Below are positions 16,114-24,971 of a stretch of DNA of 32,000 nt, in pieces. Made by a program: the position numbers and the translations under genes. The DNA is from Nostoc sp. PCC 7120 = FACHB-418. GTDB lineage: Bacteria > Cyanobacteriota > Cyanobacteriia > Cyanobacteriales > Nostocaceae. Where the stretch lies: assembly GCF_000009705.1 (NCBI RefSeq), contig NC_003272.1, forward strand, positions 3,840,001-3,872,000. Direction: 5' to 3'. Below the pieces are notes generated by a model. The model searched no databases, had not been told where the DNA came from, and saw nothing but the letters and a program-made list of their open reading frames with translations. Every line of letters starts with the position of its first letter. The stretch's first letter is position 1.

Positions 16114-17619
16114 ATGAGTAAGCGGGTTTTTGGACGTTGGTGTCTGGTGTTGAGCTTAATTTGTTTGTTTCTGACTGGTTGTAGTGGCAATTTAAGTCAG
16201 GGAAAAACTCTACGGATAGCAACAGAACCAGCCTTTCCACCTTTTGAGTTTACAGCACAAGGGGGAAATTTACAGGGTTTTTCTATAGATTTGATGAATG
16301 CGATCGCCTCTGCTGCTAATTTGAAAGTAAATTTCCAAAGTCTGCCTTTTGATGGGATTATCCCCGCCTTGCAAAGTAGAACTGTAGACGCGGCGATTAG
16401 TTCCATCACCATCACCGCCGAACGGGCAGAAACCGTTGCGTTCTCTCGTCCTTATTTTAAAGCAGGGTTAGCGATCGCTATTCGCTCCAGCAATGAAGAT
16501 ATTACAGGCTTTGACAGTCTCAAAAATAAAAAAATCGCCGTGCAGATTGGCACAACTGGCGCAGGAAAAGCCAAAAGTATTCCAGGGGCGCAAATTCGTA
16601 GCTTTGATTCTGCCCCCCTAGCTCTACAAGAATTACTTAATAACAATGTAGATGCAGTCATCAATGATGCGCCTGTAACTTTATATGCCATTAACACAGG
16701 CAATTTACAAGGAATTAAAGTTGTCGAAAAGTTGCTAACAGAAGAATATTATGGTATCGCTACAGCCCAAAATTCACCTTATTTAGCACTAATTAATGAT
16801 GGTTTAAATCGGGTGCTAGCAGATGGTTCATATTCCCAAATTTACCAAAAATGGTTTAAGGTAGAACCCCCATCATTACCAGATAAATCACTCTATGAAA
16901 ATCAAACTAATACTCATAAATCTGGCTCAATTAACCTCATATTACAGTTTCTCCCGACTTTATTACAAGGTGCATTAGTCACCATACAACTGACAATTTT
17001 ATCTACGGTATTGGGTTTAATCTGTGGTACTTTAATTGCCCTGACTCGTCTTTCCCAGTTTACCCCTGCACGTTTATTCGCTAGAGCTTACGTAGATTTT
17101 TTCCGGGGAACACCTCTGCTAGTCCAAATTTTTATGATTTATTTTGGAATACCAGCACTTGCTCAACAACTTGGTTTTACCTTTAACTTTGACCGTTGGG
17201 TGGCTGGAGTTATTGCCTTAAGTGTAAATGCAGCCGCCTACATTGCTGAAATTGTCCGTGCTGGTATTCAATCAATAGAAACTGGACAAACAGAAGCAGC
17301 TAAATCCTTAGGTTTAAATCCTTGGTTGACAATGCGTTTGGTAATTTTTCCCCAAGCCTTCCGGCGAATGTTACCACCTTTGGGTAATGAGTTTATCAGT
17401 TTGTTAAAAGATACGAGCTTAGTTGCTGTAATTGGATTTGAAGAGTTATTCCGCAAAGGGCAATTGATTGTTGCAGACAACTATCGTGCTTTTGAAATTT
17501 ATGCGGCTGTCGCTATAGTTTATTTATGTTTAACACTTTTAGCTTCTCAAGTTCTGAGCCGTTTAGAAATGTGGATGAATCCGACCATGAAAGCTCAACA
17601 ACGAAAAGCAAAAAGATAA
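16114..17619 (+). CDS. bgtB: Fused ABC amino-acid transporter: periplasmic substrate-binding domain plus permease (BgtB-like, basic amino acid/glutamine)
   Basis: Lipoprotein-type signal (LFLTGCSG). A type-3 solute-binding domain follows (LRIATEPAFPPFEF...GFSIDL...). A His/Glu/Gln/Arg-type permease domain has the EAA-like loop (QTEAAKSLGLNPWLTMRLVIFPQAFRRMLPPLGNEFISLLKDTSL). The symbol comes from my memory of Anabaena PCC 7120 alr3187. Confidence 0.85.
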   Translation: MSKRVFGRWCLVLSLICLFLTGCSGNLSQGKTLRIATEPAFPPFEFTAQGGNLQGFSIDLMNAIASAANLKVNFQSLPFDGIIPALQSRTVDAAISSITITAERAETVAFSRPYFKAGLAIAIRSSNEDITGFDSLKNKKIAVQIGTTGAGKAKSIPGAQIRSFDSAPLALQELLNNNVDAVINDAPVTLYAINTGNLQGIKVVEKLLTEEYYGIATAQNSPYLALINDGLNRVLADGSYSQIYQKWFKVEPPSLPDKSLYENQTNTHKSGSINLILQFLPTLLQGALVTIQLTILSTVLGLICGTLIALTRLSQFTPARLFARAYVDFFRGTPLLVQIFMIYFGIPALAQQLGFTFNFDRWVAGVIALSVNAAAYIAEIVRAGIQSIETGQTEAAKSLGLNPWLTMRLVIFPQAFRRMLPPLGNEFISLLKDTSLVAVIGFEELFRKGQLIVADNYRAFEIYAAVAIVYLCLTLLASQVLSRLEMWMNPTMKAQQRKAKR

Positions 17620-17721
17620 AGATGGTGATAAAGTAATTCTGAGGAATTACTTAGGTGAGTTAACGAGGTAGTCTATATTGCACCTAAAAAACCAGCCTAA
17701 GATTACTAAGTGAAAGATAAT

Positions 17722-18510
17722 ATGTTGGGTGCGATCGCAGGTGACATCATTGGTTCAGTTTATGAGGGAAACAGTATCAAAACGAAAGATTTTCCCTTGT
17801 TTAGCAGGCAGAGTCGCTTCACTGATGATACGGTGCTAACTGTGGCGGTAGCAGATGTGATCCTCAACACTGATCAATTTCCTCCGAGCAGTAAATACAT
17901 TGACCAATTTAAGTGGTACTATCGTCGCTACCTATATGCCGGCTATGGACGGAACTTTAGTAACTGGGCTAAATCTAACAGCACCCAACCATACAATAGT
18001 TTTGGTAATGGTGCAGCTATGCGCGTCAGTCCTATTGCCTTTGCCTTCCCAGATTTAAACACTGTCTTGCAACAAGCTAAAGGTAGTGCAGAAGTTACCC
18101 ATAACCACCCAGAAGGGATAAAAGGCGCACAAGCTACAGCATCCGCCATCTTCCTCGCTAGGACAGGCTGGGATAAAGCAGAGATTAAATCCTACATTCA
18201 AAGTAACTTTGGTTACAACCTAGACCAAACTCTAGAACAAATCAGACCTGCCTACCAATATGATGCTACCTGTCCAGGTTCCGTTCCCCCAGCGATTATT
18301 GCCTTTTTAGAATCCTCGGACTTTGAAGATGCAATTCGCAATGCCGTTTCCCTTGGTGGTGATAGCGATACCATCGCCTGTATTACAGGTGCGATCGCTC
18401 AAGCATACTATGGAGGTGTACCCAGAGCGATCGCTGAACAAACCTTGTCTCATTTAAATGAGCATTTATGTACCACTACAGAAAAATTTATGTATAAATA
18501 TTGTCTGTAG
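17722..18510 (+). CDS. ADP-ribosylglycohydrolase family protein
   Basis: Motifs GAIAGDIIGSVYE, FTDDTVLT and GGDSDTIACITGAIAQAYYG (the metal-binding Asp cluster). The ATG is at 17722; the track start at 17710 is GTG. Confidence 0.85.
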   Translation: MLGAIAGDIIGSVYEGNSIKTKDFPLFSRQSRFTDDTVLTVAVADVILNTDQFPPSSKYIDQFKWYYRRYLYAGYGRNFSNWAKSNSTQPYNSFGNGAAMRVSPIAFAFPDLNTVLQQAKGSAEVTHNHPEGIKGAQATASAIFLARTGWDKAEIKSYIQSNFGYNLDQTLEQIRPAYQYDATCPGSVPPAIIAFLESSDFEDAIRNAVSLGGDSDTIACITGAIAQAYYGGVPRAIAEQTLSHLNEHLCTTTEKFMYKYCL

Positions 18511-18985
18511 TCAACCCCTACCTTACAGGACACTACATCTTCAGGTTAAATAGGACTTGCTTTTCCGCCGTAGTCTGAAGGGTGAGGGAAATCTAATATT
18601 CCCTTTTAAATTCTCATAACAATTTGAATGCTTGTAACATCTGTGGGATGAGTAATGGGAAAAACAATTCTCTCTTAGCGATTACCCATTACCAACTAGA
18701 GCAAGCAGATGGAACACAATTAGCCAAACTTTATATAAGACTCCAGATAGAGAATTGTACCAGAAAAATTTTCCACCCTCAGAATGTAACAAATTGTTAA
18801 TATTGTGTAATACTAGGAAATGCAAGATAAATAAATAATTTTTTGGTAACTGTTAATTTTGCCAAAAAGTGAGTAAAAACTTGATTTTTAACTTCAAACT
18901 AAACGAAGTTAAAAGTAAAATCATTACCTTTAATACTTGCAAAATTCCACTGGTAATTCATTAAAAGGTATAACGGGGTAAGAGC

Positions 18986-19762
18986 ATGGTTCAGTGTCAA
19001 CCATCATCTCTGCATTCAGAAAAACTGGTGTTATTGTCATCGACAATCAGAGATGATAAAAATATTAATAAGGGTATATTTATTGCCTGCTTTATCTTAT
19101 TTTTATGGGCAATTAGTTTAATCTTATTACTCTCAATAGATACATCCATAATTCATAAGAGCTTATTAGGTATAGCCATGCTTTGGCAGACCTTCTTATA
19201 TACAGGTTTATTTATTACTGCTCATGATGCCATGCACGGCGTAGTTTATCCCAAAAATCCCAGAATAAATAATTTTATAGGTAAGCTCACTCTAATCTTG
19301 TATGGACTACTCCCTTATAAAGATTTATTGAAAAAACATTGGTTACACCACGGACATCCTGGTACTGATTTAGACCCTGATTATTACAATGGTCATCCCC
19401 AAAACTTCTTTCTTTGGTATCTACATTTTATGAAGTCTTATTGGCGATGGACGCAAATTTTCGGATTAGTGATGATTTTTCATGGACTTAAAAATCTGGT
19501 GCATATACCAGAAAATAATTTAATTATATTTTGGATGATACCTTCTATTTTAAGTTCAGTACAACTATTTTATTTTGGTACATTTTTGCCTCATAAAAAG
19601 CTAGAAGGTGGTTATACTAACCCCCATTGTGCGCGCAGTATCCCATTACCTCTTTTTTGGTCTTTTGTTACTTGTTATCACTTCGGCTACCACAAGGAAC
19701 ATCACGAATACCCTCAACTTCCTTGGTGGAAATTACCTGAAGCTCACAAAATATCTTTATAA
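18986..19762 (+). CDS. crtW: Beta-carotene ketolase CrtW
   Basis: Three His boxes of the CrtW/fatty-acid-desaturase type: AHDAMHG, HWLHHGHP and HKEHHEYP. Four hydrophobic segments, 258 aa. Confidence 0.9.
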   Translation: MVQCQPSSLHSEKLVLLSSTIRDDKNINKGIFIACFILFLWAISLILLLSIDTSIIHKSLLGIAMLWQTFLYTGLFITAHDAMHGVVYPKNPRINNFIGKLTLILYGLLPYKDLLKKHWLHHGHPGTDLDPDYYNGHPQNFFLWYLHFMKSYWRWTQIFGLVMIFHGLKNLVHIPENNLIIFWMIPSILSSVQLFYFGTFLPHKKLEGGYTNPHCARSIPLPLFWSFVTCYHFGYHKEHHEYPQLPWWKLPEAHKISL

Positions 19763-19920
19763 GGTGAAGATTGGATGATTGAAAAATTAGGTTACAGATA
19801 CACTTGTGAGAAAAACTAAAATTTTCTCAGGCAATAAAATTAATTTCTGCTGGAATACGACTATGTAAATTATGCTGATGAGCGTCAGAAAACTTTTGGG
19901 AAGACATATACAAAATTTAT

Positions 19921-19939
19921 TAGGGAAGGTGTTTCCCTA
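19921..19939 (-). terminator. Possible intrinsic terminator of the psaJ-like ORF
   Basis: A hairpin TAGGGAA-(5 nt)-TTCCCTA lies 8 nt after the stop codon. On the minus strand it is followed by AUAAAUUUUG. Confidence 0.35.
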
Positions 19940-19946
19940 AAACTCC

Positions 19947-20099
19947 TTATGGTAGAGGATGGAAAAGAAGATCGGGAAAAATATAGTTAAAAATTGCCCA
20001 TGTAGAAAAGGCAACTGATATGGATATAACAGCAAGAACTGGTGCCAGAGAGAGATATTCGAGGAAATATTTTTTCTCTTTATCTTGTGATTTATTCAT
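19947..20099 (-). CDS. psaJ: Photosystem I subunit IX (PsaJ)-like small protein, 50 aa; not in the supplied ORF track
   Basis: My own translation of the minus strand is [50 protein letters not shown]. It aligns without gaps to cyanobacterial PsaJ as I remember it (…[40 protein letters not shown]), sharing YLSxAPVLA and FN..(F/Y)PDLLFHPL. The ATG is at 20097-20099 and the TAA at 19947-19949. Confidence 0.8.
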   Translation of the reverse strand: [50 protein letters not shown]

Positions 20100-20357
20100 A
20101 TAATAAATATCAAATTAACACTTAAGATGGTACTGACTACTTTTTACTGAAAACTCTATCAAAAGAATAGTTAATACTATCAAAAGTAGGAAAATTGTAT
20201 AAAAGACCTTGATTGATAAGATATGTTTTCCAGGGGCTTTTCAATTCTCATGAATCAAGAATTAAGTAGAGTTTGGATAAACTTGTATTATTATACACTC
20301 AGAAAACCCTACTTAGATTTACTTGATAAATTGTCTCTGACAAATCCACTAATTTTA

Positions 20358-20882
20358 CTATCTACCAACATATCGGCTCATTAACTGCATAGCATCAGCG
20401 ATATCTACATCACCGTCTCCATCTGCATCCAAGAAAGAATTTAAAACAGAATTTCCAGCACCTTGAGGATGTTGAGCGTTAGCGCCGGATTGCAAAAAAT
20501 TCAATACTAAAGGTACTATGACTGGCAATAGTTGCTGAATTGTACCAGCATCTAAACCTGTGTGTTGGGATGCTACCTGTGCTACCTGTTGTTGTATGTT
20601 AGGAGAAAATAGAGAATTAACTGCCTGAGGATTAGAAGAGGTACCGGCATATTCATTAACTAATGCTTGGGTTGCTTCATTACCTTCTGTGGCTTGCTTT
20701 TGTTGTAAAGCGGAACGTACATAGTTACCTACTACACCCACGACAGATTGCATTGTCGAAGGATTTGTGCCAGTTTGATTACTTAGTTGATTGACAGTGT
20801 TAATGATGTTTCCCAGTTGACCTAAACTGCCTTGTTGATTGGGATTGCTAACAGCGCCGAGAATTTGGTCAAATAGCCCCAT
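20358..20882 (-). CDS. DUF937-family protein with a C-terminal EF-hand-like loop
   Basis: The N-terminus MGLFDQILGAV... is typical of DUF937, and the middle is Q/N/G/S-rich. The C-terminal DADGDGDVDIAD fits the 12-residue EF-hand loop pattern DxDxDGx(I/V)xxx(D/E). Confidence 0.65.
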   Translation of the reverse strand: MGLFDQILGAVSNPNQQGSLGQLGNIINTVNQLSNQTGTNPSTMQSVVGVVGNYVRSALQQKQATEGNEATQALVNEYAGTSSNPQAVNSLFSPNIQQQVAQVASQHTGLDAGTIQQLLPVIVPLVLNFLQSGANAQHPQGAGNSVLNSFLDADGDGDVDIADAMQLMSRYVGR

Positions 20883-21206
20883 AATTGTTTTTCTCCCTTG
20901 TTTTTCATGCCATAAAGGCGAACGTGTTGTTGTTGTTATTATGAATAAATTAACTCCGCAATACTAGAAACTCAGGGATGAAAAATTTGTAATTCTTTTG
21001 GCGAGCCAGATTATGAATTATTTTGCAGAAATTAAGTAAATTGGGAATCTCTCGAACTTGCAGCCAATAAGTCTGAAATTTTCAGATTATTACCTTGTAG
21101 CTTGAGAGTTCCCAAAAAGTGAATTACTACTACTGCTAGTAAGCAAAATAACCCTTACTAGATACGCTGACTTCTAACTAAAGTAAGAACTTTTTTTAAC
21201 TGTGGA

Positions 21207-21497
21207 TTACTCGGCATTGAGGATTTTTGGTACTTTAAAAAATTCCCCTTCTTGTTCAGGCGCACTGCTGAGGATAGCTTCTCTGTCAGCATAAGGTTGC
21301 AGGTTATCTTCTCTGGTGATATTGCTGACATCAATTGCCCGCGCTGTAGGCGGTACATTACTCACATCTAGTTCATTGAGCTGCTCGACGTAATCTAAAA
21401 TACTTCCAAGCTGAGTGGTAAATTGCTCTTCTTCTTCGGGGGTCAATTCTAAACGGGCAAGTAGAGCTACTTTGCGGACTTGTTCGCGGTCGATCAT
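21207..21497 (-). CDS. gatC: Asp-tRNA(Asn)/Glu-tRNA(Gln) amidotransferase subunit C
   Basis: [51 protein letters not shown], 96 aa. Confidence 0.92.
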   Translation of the reverse strand: MIDREQVRKVALLARLELTPEEEEQFTTQLGSILDYVEQLNELDVSNVPPTARAIDVSNITREDNLQPYADREAILSSAPEQEGEFFKVPKILNAE

Positions 21498-21502
21498 ATT
21501 TT

Positions 21503-21544
21503 GTCAGTGGTCAGTGGTCAGTGGTCAAGAACTAATGACTAACG
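21503..21544. repeat. STRR heptamer array (gtcagtg x3, gtcaaga, actaatg, actaacg)
   Basis: Read directly, between gatC and ycf3. The next unit, actaaaa (21545-21551), contains the ycf3 stop codon. Confidence 0.85.
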
Positions 21545-21545
21545 A

Positions 21546-22067
21546 CTAAAAGAATACATCTATTTGCATCCGTCCAGTGGTTTTTAGCCAGTTTTGGGCT
21601 TCTATATAGTTATTTGGAGCCATGCGAATGGCACGAATCCAGTAGTCTGCGGCTTGGTCAAACAGCGCTTCACCACCGTCGTGATCTCCAGTTTCTTTGG
21701 CTTTTTCGCCTTGGTAATGGTAAATTACGGCGATGTTGTTTAAGGCTTGGGGTAGGCGGGGATTCAGTTCGATCGCCTGGTGATATAGTTCTAGAGCTTT
21801 ATCATGGTCGCCGTTGCTAGCATAAATTAGCCCCATGTTGTAGAGAATATAACCGCGATCGTTGGTGTCTTCTTCTAGTGTGAGGGCTTCTTCGTAATAT
21901 TCGAGTGCTTCGGCATATTCGCCTTCTGCTTGAGCTGACATCCCATCTCGGTAATAGACAAAGGCTTCTTTAGCTTTTTTATTAGTTGGCAGTATCTTGA
22001 GAATAATATCCGCCATCACAGTAAAGGATTTGTCAACAAAGTTATCGTTTTTTTGTGTTCTTGGCAT
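21546..22067 (-). CDS. ycf3: Photosystem I assembly protein Ycf3 (TPR)
   Basis: [27 protein letters not shown]...[25 protein letters not shown]... with three TPR units, 173 aa. Confidence 0.93.
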   Translation of the reverse strand: MPRTQKNDNFVDKSFTVMADIILKILPTNKKAKEAFVYYRDGMSAQAEGEYAEALEYYEEALTLEEDTNDRGYILYNMGLIYASNGDHDKALELYHQAIELNPRLPQALNNIAVIYHYQGEKAKETGDHDGGEALFDQAADYWIRAIRMAPNNYIEAQNWLKTTGRMQIDVFF

Positions 22068-22138
22068 ATTTTTTTCTATGGTTGTACCGCTATGTGGGGG
22101 AACTTATGTCTGTGCTTCCCCTAATCCCGTACCTAAAG

Positions 22139-22840
22139 CTAATTTAACTGATTTGGGGAGCTATTCTGCTCTGGGATGGGGATAATACATTCTGGGTTGT
22201 TGTGTTTTGGACTATTGACTAAGGTACTCACTGGGTAGGCGGTCATTTGTGAGGCTGGATAGGGGGATAATAAGTGTTGTAATGCTTGGGGCTTTTGCTC
22301 TTGCGGATCTAACCACAAATCGTAATCTTGGGGAGCGAGGATGACTGGCATTCGGTCATGAATTGGTTGCAGTAGTTCGTTGGCTGCTGTTGTGACGATT
22401 GTACAAGAGGTAATTTCTTCACCAGCAGGTGTTCGCCATTTCTCCCATAATCCCGCAAAGCCAAAGGGTTGACTGTGTTGCAGGCGGAAATAAAAGGGTT
22501 GTTTTTTACCTTGCTGTTTTTGCCATTCAAAAAAACCATCAGCCACTACTAAACAGCGTCGCTGCTTAAATGCTGAACGAAAAGAAGGTTTTTCGGCAAG
22601 AGTTTCGGCTCTGGCGTTGATTAGCTTCGAGGCGATCGCTGGATCTTTAGCCCATGAAGGTATCAAACCCCAGCGTAATCGTTGAAATTCACGTTTATTA
22701 CTTTCAGGGTTATGTAAAACTGTCACCACAGTTTGCGTAGGTGCAATGTTATATTGAGCTTCTAAATCCAGGAGTGGCTGGATATGAAAAAACTCAGCTA
22801 ATGCTTCTGGTGACTGGGTTAAAGTAAATCTTCCACACAT
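22139..22840 (-). CDS. SOS response-associated peptidase (SRAP/YedK, DUF159)
   Basis: N-terminal MCGRF with the Cys2 nucleophile, followed by NIAPTQ, RWGLIPSWAK, NARAETL and HDRMPVIL. Confidence 0.9.
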   Translation of the reverse strand: MCGRFTLTQSPEALAEFFHIQPLLDLEAQYNIAPTQTVVTVLHNPESNKREFQRLRWGLIPSWAKDPAIASKLINARAETLAEKPSFRSAFKQRRCLVVADGFFEWQKQQGKKQPFYFRLQHSQPFGFAGLWEKWRTPAGEEITSCTIVTTAANELLQPIHDRMPVILAPQDYDLWLDPQEQKPQALQHLLSPYPASQMTAYPVSTLVNSPKHNNPECIIPIPEQNSSPNQLN

Positions 22841-23042
22841 ATTTCAATTTTATCTTGTTGCATCAAATAAAACACTTAAATTCAGAATTAATTAATACTA
22901 TTATTTTTATTTTTTCGGATAATTAATAACTAAATATGTGGAAATTATAAATCAGAGAATCATCCTGTTCTTTGAAAATAATTTTGTAAGATATTGTATT
23001 TTAGACCTAAATTTGCCATATATTCTGCATCATAATCTTTAC

Positions 23043-23675
23043 ATGGAAAACTTACATTTGTACGATTTTTTACCCTCAGGCAATGGCTATAAAGTCCGGC
23101 TTCTATTAACACAAATGGGCATACCATTTGAACGAACAGAAGTGAATATTTTAAAGGGAGAGAGTCGCACACCAGAATTTTTAAGTAAAAATTCTAACGG
23201 GAGAATACCAGTTTTAGAAGTTGCACCAGGGAAGTATTTAGCAGAATCAAATGCTATATTGCTTTACCTGAGCGAATATACAGAATTTTTACCTTACGAC
23301 CGCTATTTAAAAGCCCAGGTAATGCAGTGGTTATTTTTTGAACAATATAGCCATGAACCATATATTGCTACATCTCGTTTTTGGGTTTCTATTTTAGGTA
23401 AAGTGGAAGAATATCGTACAGCTTTAGAAGAAAAACGGGAACCTGGTTATGCAGCTCTCAAGGTGATGGAAAATCATTTGAAATGCCATAATTTTTTCGT
23501 AGATGAGCGTTACACAATTGCTGATATTGCCTTATTTGCCTATACCCATGTCGCGGATGAAGGTGGTTTTGATTTAACGCCATTTCCAGCTATTCAAGCT
23601 TGGATAGACAGAGTTAAAGCCCAACCTGGATATATTAATATTACTCATGAACCACAATTATGTTACGATTATTAA
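23043..23675 (+). CDS. Glutathione S-transferase
   Basis: From the ATG at 23043: MENLHLYDFLPSGNGYKVRLLLTQMGIPFERTEVNILKGESRTPEFLSKNSNGRIPVLE (thioredoxin-like GST N-domain), then a helical C-domain. The track's GTG start at 22938 adds 35 AT-rich, implausible codons. Confidence 0.85.
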   Translation: MENLHLYDFLPSGNGYKVRLLLTQMGIPFERTEVNILKGESRTPEFLSKNSNGRIPVLEVAPGKYLAESNAILLYLSEYTEFLPYDRYLKAQVMQWLFFEQYSHEPYIATSRFWVSILGKVEEYRTALEEKREPGYAALKVMENHLKCHNFFVDERYTIADIALFAYTHVADEGGFDLTPFPAIQAWIDRVKAQPGYINITHEPQLCYDY

Positions 23676-23725
23676 CTAGCTAAAGTAATTCGTAATTAAG
23701 AACACTAGATGTATTTTGGATTACT

Positions 23726-23769
23726 GAGTTAGTATTCGTTACCTTATTGGAGAAAATCGATACTAACTC
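23726..23769. terminator. Hairpin between convergent genes (10-bp stem GAGTTAGTAT/ATACTAACTC, 24-nt loop)
   Basis: Read directly, between the GST (+) and DUF167 (-) stop codons. No clean U-tract on either strand. Confidence 0.3.
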
Positions 23770-23809
23770 ATAGCTAAATTTTATTATCTCTTATCTAGAC
23801 CTATTTACA

Positions 23810-24037
23810 CTAAATATCTGTCTCAATCTCAATCAGTTTTTGCTTGGAAGATAAACCAGATTTAATTGTGATGTGGGATTTCGGCACATCAAATTTTTCA
23901 GCTAAAAGTTTGATTAACTCTTCATTAGCTTTACCATCTACTGGTGGGGATTTTAAATGTACAGTTAGGCTCCCATCATCTTGCTCGGCAATTTTTTGTT
24001 GTTTGGAATTAGGTTTAACCTTAACCCTTTTTTGCAT
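23810..24037 (-). CDS. DUF167 (YggU/UPF0235) family protein
   Basis: [12 protein letters not shown]...[48 protein letters not shown], 75 aa. Confidence 0.75.
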
Positions 24038-24399
24038 AATCTATGTTTTTCAGTTGTTTGAGTGAGGCACAACCAAGAATACCAATATATTTTAGAAAAT
24101 ACAGATGCACTGTAGTGGACTGACACGACTAAAATGATGCAATAGACTTGGATGTAATTAAACGCAGATGCACGTAGATAAAGGCGGATAGCACTTCTGT
24201 TATTGCACTATTTTAGCCTTGCCACGCCAGTAGTTATTAAACCACTGGTGAGTAGGCTAATAAAAAGCCCATCGCTACCACAATGAGCAGAGACAGGATG
24301 ATGGTGTTTTTTAAGCTGTGTTGATGGATGAGGGATTTTTCAGGCTAAATAGCAAGATTTTAGCCCTGAAAATTTTCAAGTGGGAGTAGTGACTTTTAT

Positions 24400-24960
24400 T
24401 TAGGGATATCTTCTACTACCTGCACCAACTACGCCAATTTTGTGGCGATAGGAGAGTTCTGCACCAAACCAACCGGAAATGCTTGTTAGAGTACCGACAA
24501 TTACGGAAATTAATAAGCCCCAAGGAAGGATTCTGGCTTCAGCGTCGCCTAAGCGGAGGAGGAAATTTACTAGTGACAGAACGAGAAGAGAGACGTTGAG
24601 GATCAGGTGCGCCCAACCTGCGTTACGTTTGCGGACACGTTCAATTTTCAAGAAGTCACTTAACCCTATGGCGGCGGCGATCGCACCTCCACCTAAACCC
24701 AGTCCAATTAACCATACAGAAGCCCTCGCCCAGAAGTAATCGCGGGTTAACCAATAGCCGAAATCGCTACCCAAGGCGGCTGCTAAGAAGGCTATGGGGA
24801 AAATTACACTGAGGGGATGTAGAGGGTGTCCGGCGATCGCTACTGTACTGGGGACACCTGTATCACGATATTCGCGATCGTCCGTTTCAATCACTGGGGG
24901 AATATTCGGAAATGGAGAGGAAGCGGAGGAACCAGAGGAAGTTGTTTCTGTTGTTTCCAT
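24400..24960 (-). CDS. DUF2231-like integral membrane protein
   Basis: The motif GHPLHPLSVIFPIAFL is followed by four hydrophobic helices. Confidence 0.55.
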   Translation of the reverse strand: METTETTSSGSSASSPFPNIPPVIETDDREYRDTGVPSTVAIAGHPLHPLSVIFPIAFLAAALGSDFGYWLTRDYFWARASVWLIGLGLGGGAIAAAIGLSDFLKIERVRKRNAGWAHLILNVSLLVLSLVNFLLRLGDAEARILPWGLLISVIVGTLTSISGWFGAELSYRHKIGVVGAGSRRYP

Positions 24961-24971
24961 AGTTAAATATC

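Noticed and set aside
18648-18800. A 50-codon + strand ORF (MSNGKNNSLLAITHYQLEQADGTQLAKLYIRLQIENCTRKIFHPQNVTNC) upstream of crtW
   Set aside because: No recognisable family and no Shine-Dalgarno motif. Part of it is encoded by an STRR-like ACCCATTACC motif. It cannot be distinguished from a chance ORF in AT-rich DNA.
22938-23042. N-terminal extensions proposed by the ORF track (GST from GTG 22938; also hpf from 14010, the CHASE2 fusion from 10648, DUF928 from 8214, ARH from 17710, lipB from 14560)
   Set aside because: Each extension starts at a non-ATG codon and adds residues that do not match the family N-termini. In each case an in-frame ATG lies at the expected family start.
24243-24335. 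Hydrophobic minus-strand frame (...KNTIILSLLIVVAMGFLLAYSPVV*) that resembles a tiny membrane protein
   Set aside because: There is no ATG, GTG or TTG at a sensible position upstream of the hydrophobic segment. Only a very short product would be possible.
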